NCBI RefSeq assembly: GCF_023145115.1
Contig: NZ_JAGLEJ010000002.1
Span: 26,717-90,716, forward strand
DNA: 64,000 bases
DNA from: Algiphilus sp.
Lineage (GTDB): Bacteria; Pseudomonadota; Gammaproteobacteria; Nevskiales; Nevskiaceae
Direction: 5' to 3'
The notes beneath the pieces are model-generated. The model saw only the letters and a program-made list of their open reading frames with translations, had not been told where the DNA came from and ran no database searches. Numbering within the stretch: position 1 is the stretch's first letter; every line of letters starts with the position of its first letter. Positions 63,401 through 64,000 of this stretch are shown one piece after another. Position numbers and translations under genes: made by a program.

Positions 63401-64000
63401 TGCGCGACAACCCGGCATGCGTCGACGAGGCCGACGCCGACCGGTCGACGCGCGAGTCGCTGCGCGTCATCGTCGACGAGCACGATGCACCGCCGGCGGT
63501 GACCGGCATCGCCCGGCCGCGCGTCGCGATCCTGCGCGAGCAGGGCGTCAACGGTCACGTCGAGATGGCGTGGGCCTTCGATGCGGCCGGCTTCGAGGCC
63601 GTCGACGTGCACATGAGCGACATCCTCGACGGCGGCCGCACGCTGGATGACGTCCGCGGCATCGTGGCCTGCGGCGGCTTCTCCTATGGCGACGTGCTCG
63701 GTGCCGGGCTGGGCTGGGCGCGCTCGATCCTGTTCCACGCCGAGGCGCGCGAGCGCTTCGCGGCCTTCTTCGCGGACGAGACGCGCTTCGCGCTCGGGGT
63801 TTGCAACGGCTGCCAGATGCTGGCCGCGCTGGCCGGGATCATCCCCGGCGCCGAAGACTGGCCGCCGCTGCTGCGCAATCGCTCGGAGCAGTTCGAGGCG
63901 CGCTGGAGCCAGGTGGTCATTCCCGAGTCGCGCTCGCTGTTCTTCCGCGACATGGGGGGCGCCATGCTGCCGGTGGCGGTGGCGCACGGCGAGGGGCGCA
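60463..64000 (+). CDS. purL: Phosphoribosylformylglycinamidine synthase (large single-chain PurL), 5' portion; runs off the right edge
   Basis: The + frame from ATG 60463 reads [19 protein letters not shown]...[11 protein letters not shown]...[22 protein letters not shown]...[13 protein letters not shown]. Near the end come the GATase residues [12 protein letters not shown]...GVCNGCQM. It is absent from the ORF track because no stop lies in the window. Confidence 0.95.
   Translation, partial: [1179 protein letters not shown]

Noticed and set aside
60451-63987. 1178-aa ORF on the minus strand
   Set aside because: It is antisense to an unmistakable purL reading frame on the + strand. Its product is Arg/Ala/Gly/Asp-rich low-complexity sequence, typical of the open antisense frame in ~70% GC DNA.

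Overview
A 64 kb, very GC-rich (roughly 68-70%) chromosomal segment with proteobacterial (gammaproteobacteria-like) gene content. All family calls come from motifs read in the supplied translations; no database search was run. I found no rRNA, tRNA, CRISPR array, transposase or integrase. Many long ORFs in the track are antisense or off-frame artefacts of the high GC content. Layout: (1) 1-2.5 kb: receiver-domain regulator, PepSY protein, glycine-zipper protein, TetR regulator. (2) 2.7-7.0 kb: a group-4-capsule-like gfc/yjb operon (YjbG/GfcC-, YjbH/GfcD-, YjbF/GfcB-like), headed by an unusual poly-Asp/poly-Thr-tailed membrane protein. (3) 7.0-34.1 kb: a large surface-glycan locus. It holds rfbBACD (dTDP-rhamnose), a WecA/WbpL-type initiating transferase and at least eight glycosyltransferase domains. 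These include a 1519-aa protein built as sulfotransferase, coiled coil, repeat domain and three GT2 modules. The locus also holds two further sulfotransferase domains, a kpsMTED-type ABC exporter, and an embedded apparently highly expressed secreted 541-aa protein followed by a parvulin PPIase lipoprotein. This predicted sulfated-glycan/surface-protein system is the most novel-looking content. (4) 34.2-47.7 kb: an acetate-switch neighbourhood. It contains DUF4212 plus an SSS symporter, acs, a CrbS/CrbR-like two-component pair, and a porin / receiver / sensor-fused DEDDh exonuclease / DUF294 nucleotidyltransferase operon of unknown function. (5) 48-51.8 kb: sulfide detoxification genes (type II SQR, persulfide dioxygenase, SulP). 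(6) 52-64 kb: housekeeping genes (two ABC-F ATPases, BCCT transporter, RhlE, DUF1820, MBL hydrolase, 5' part of purL).
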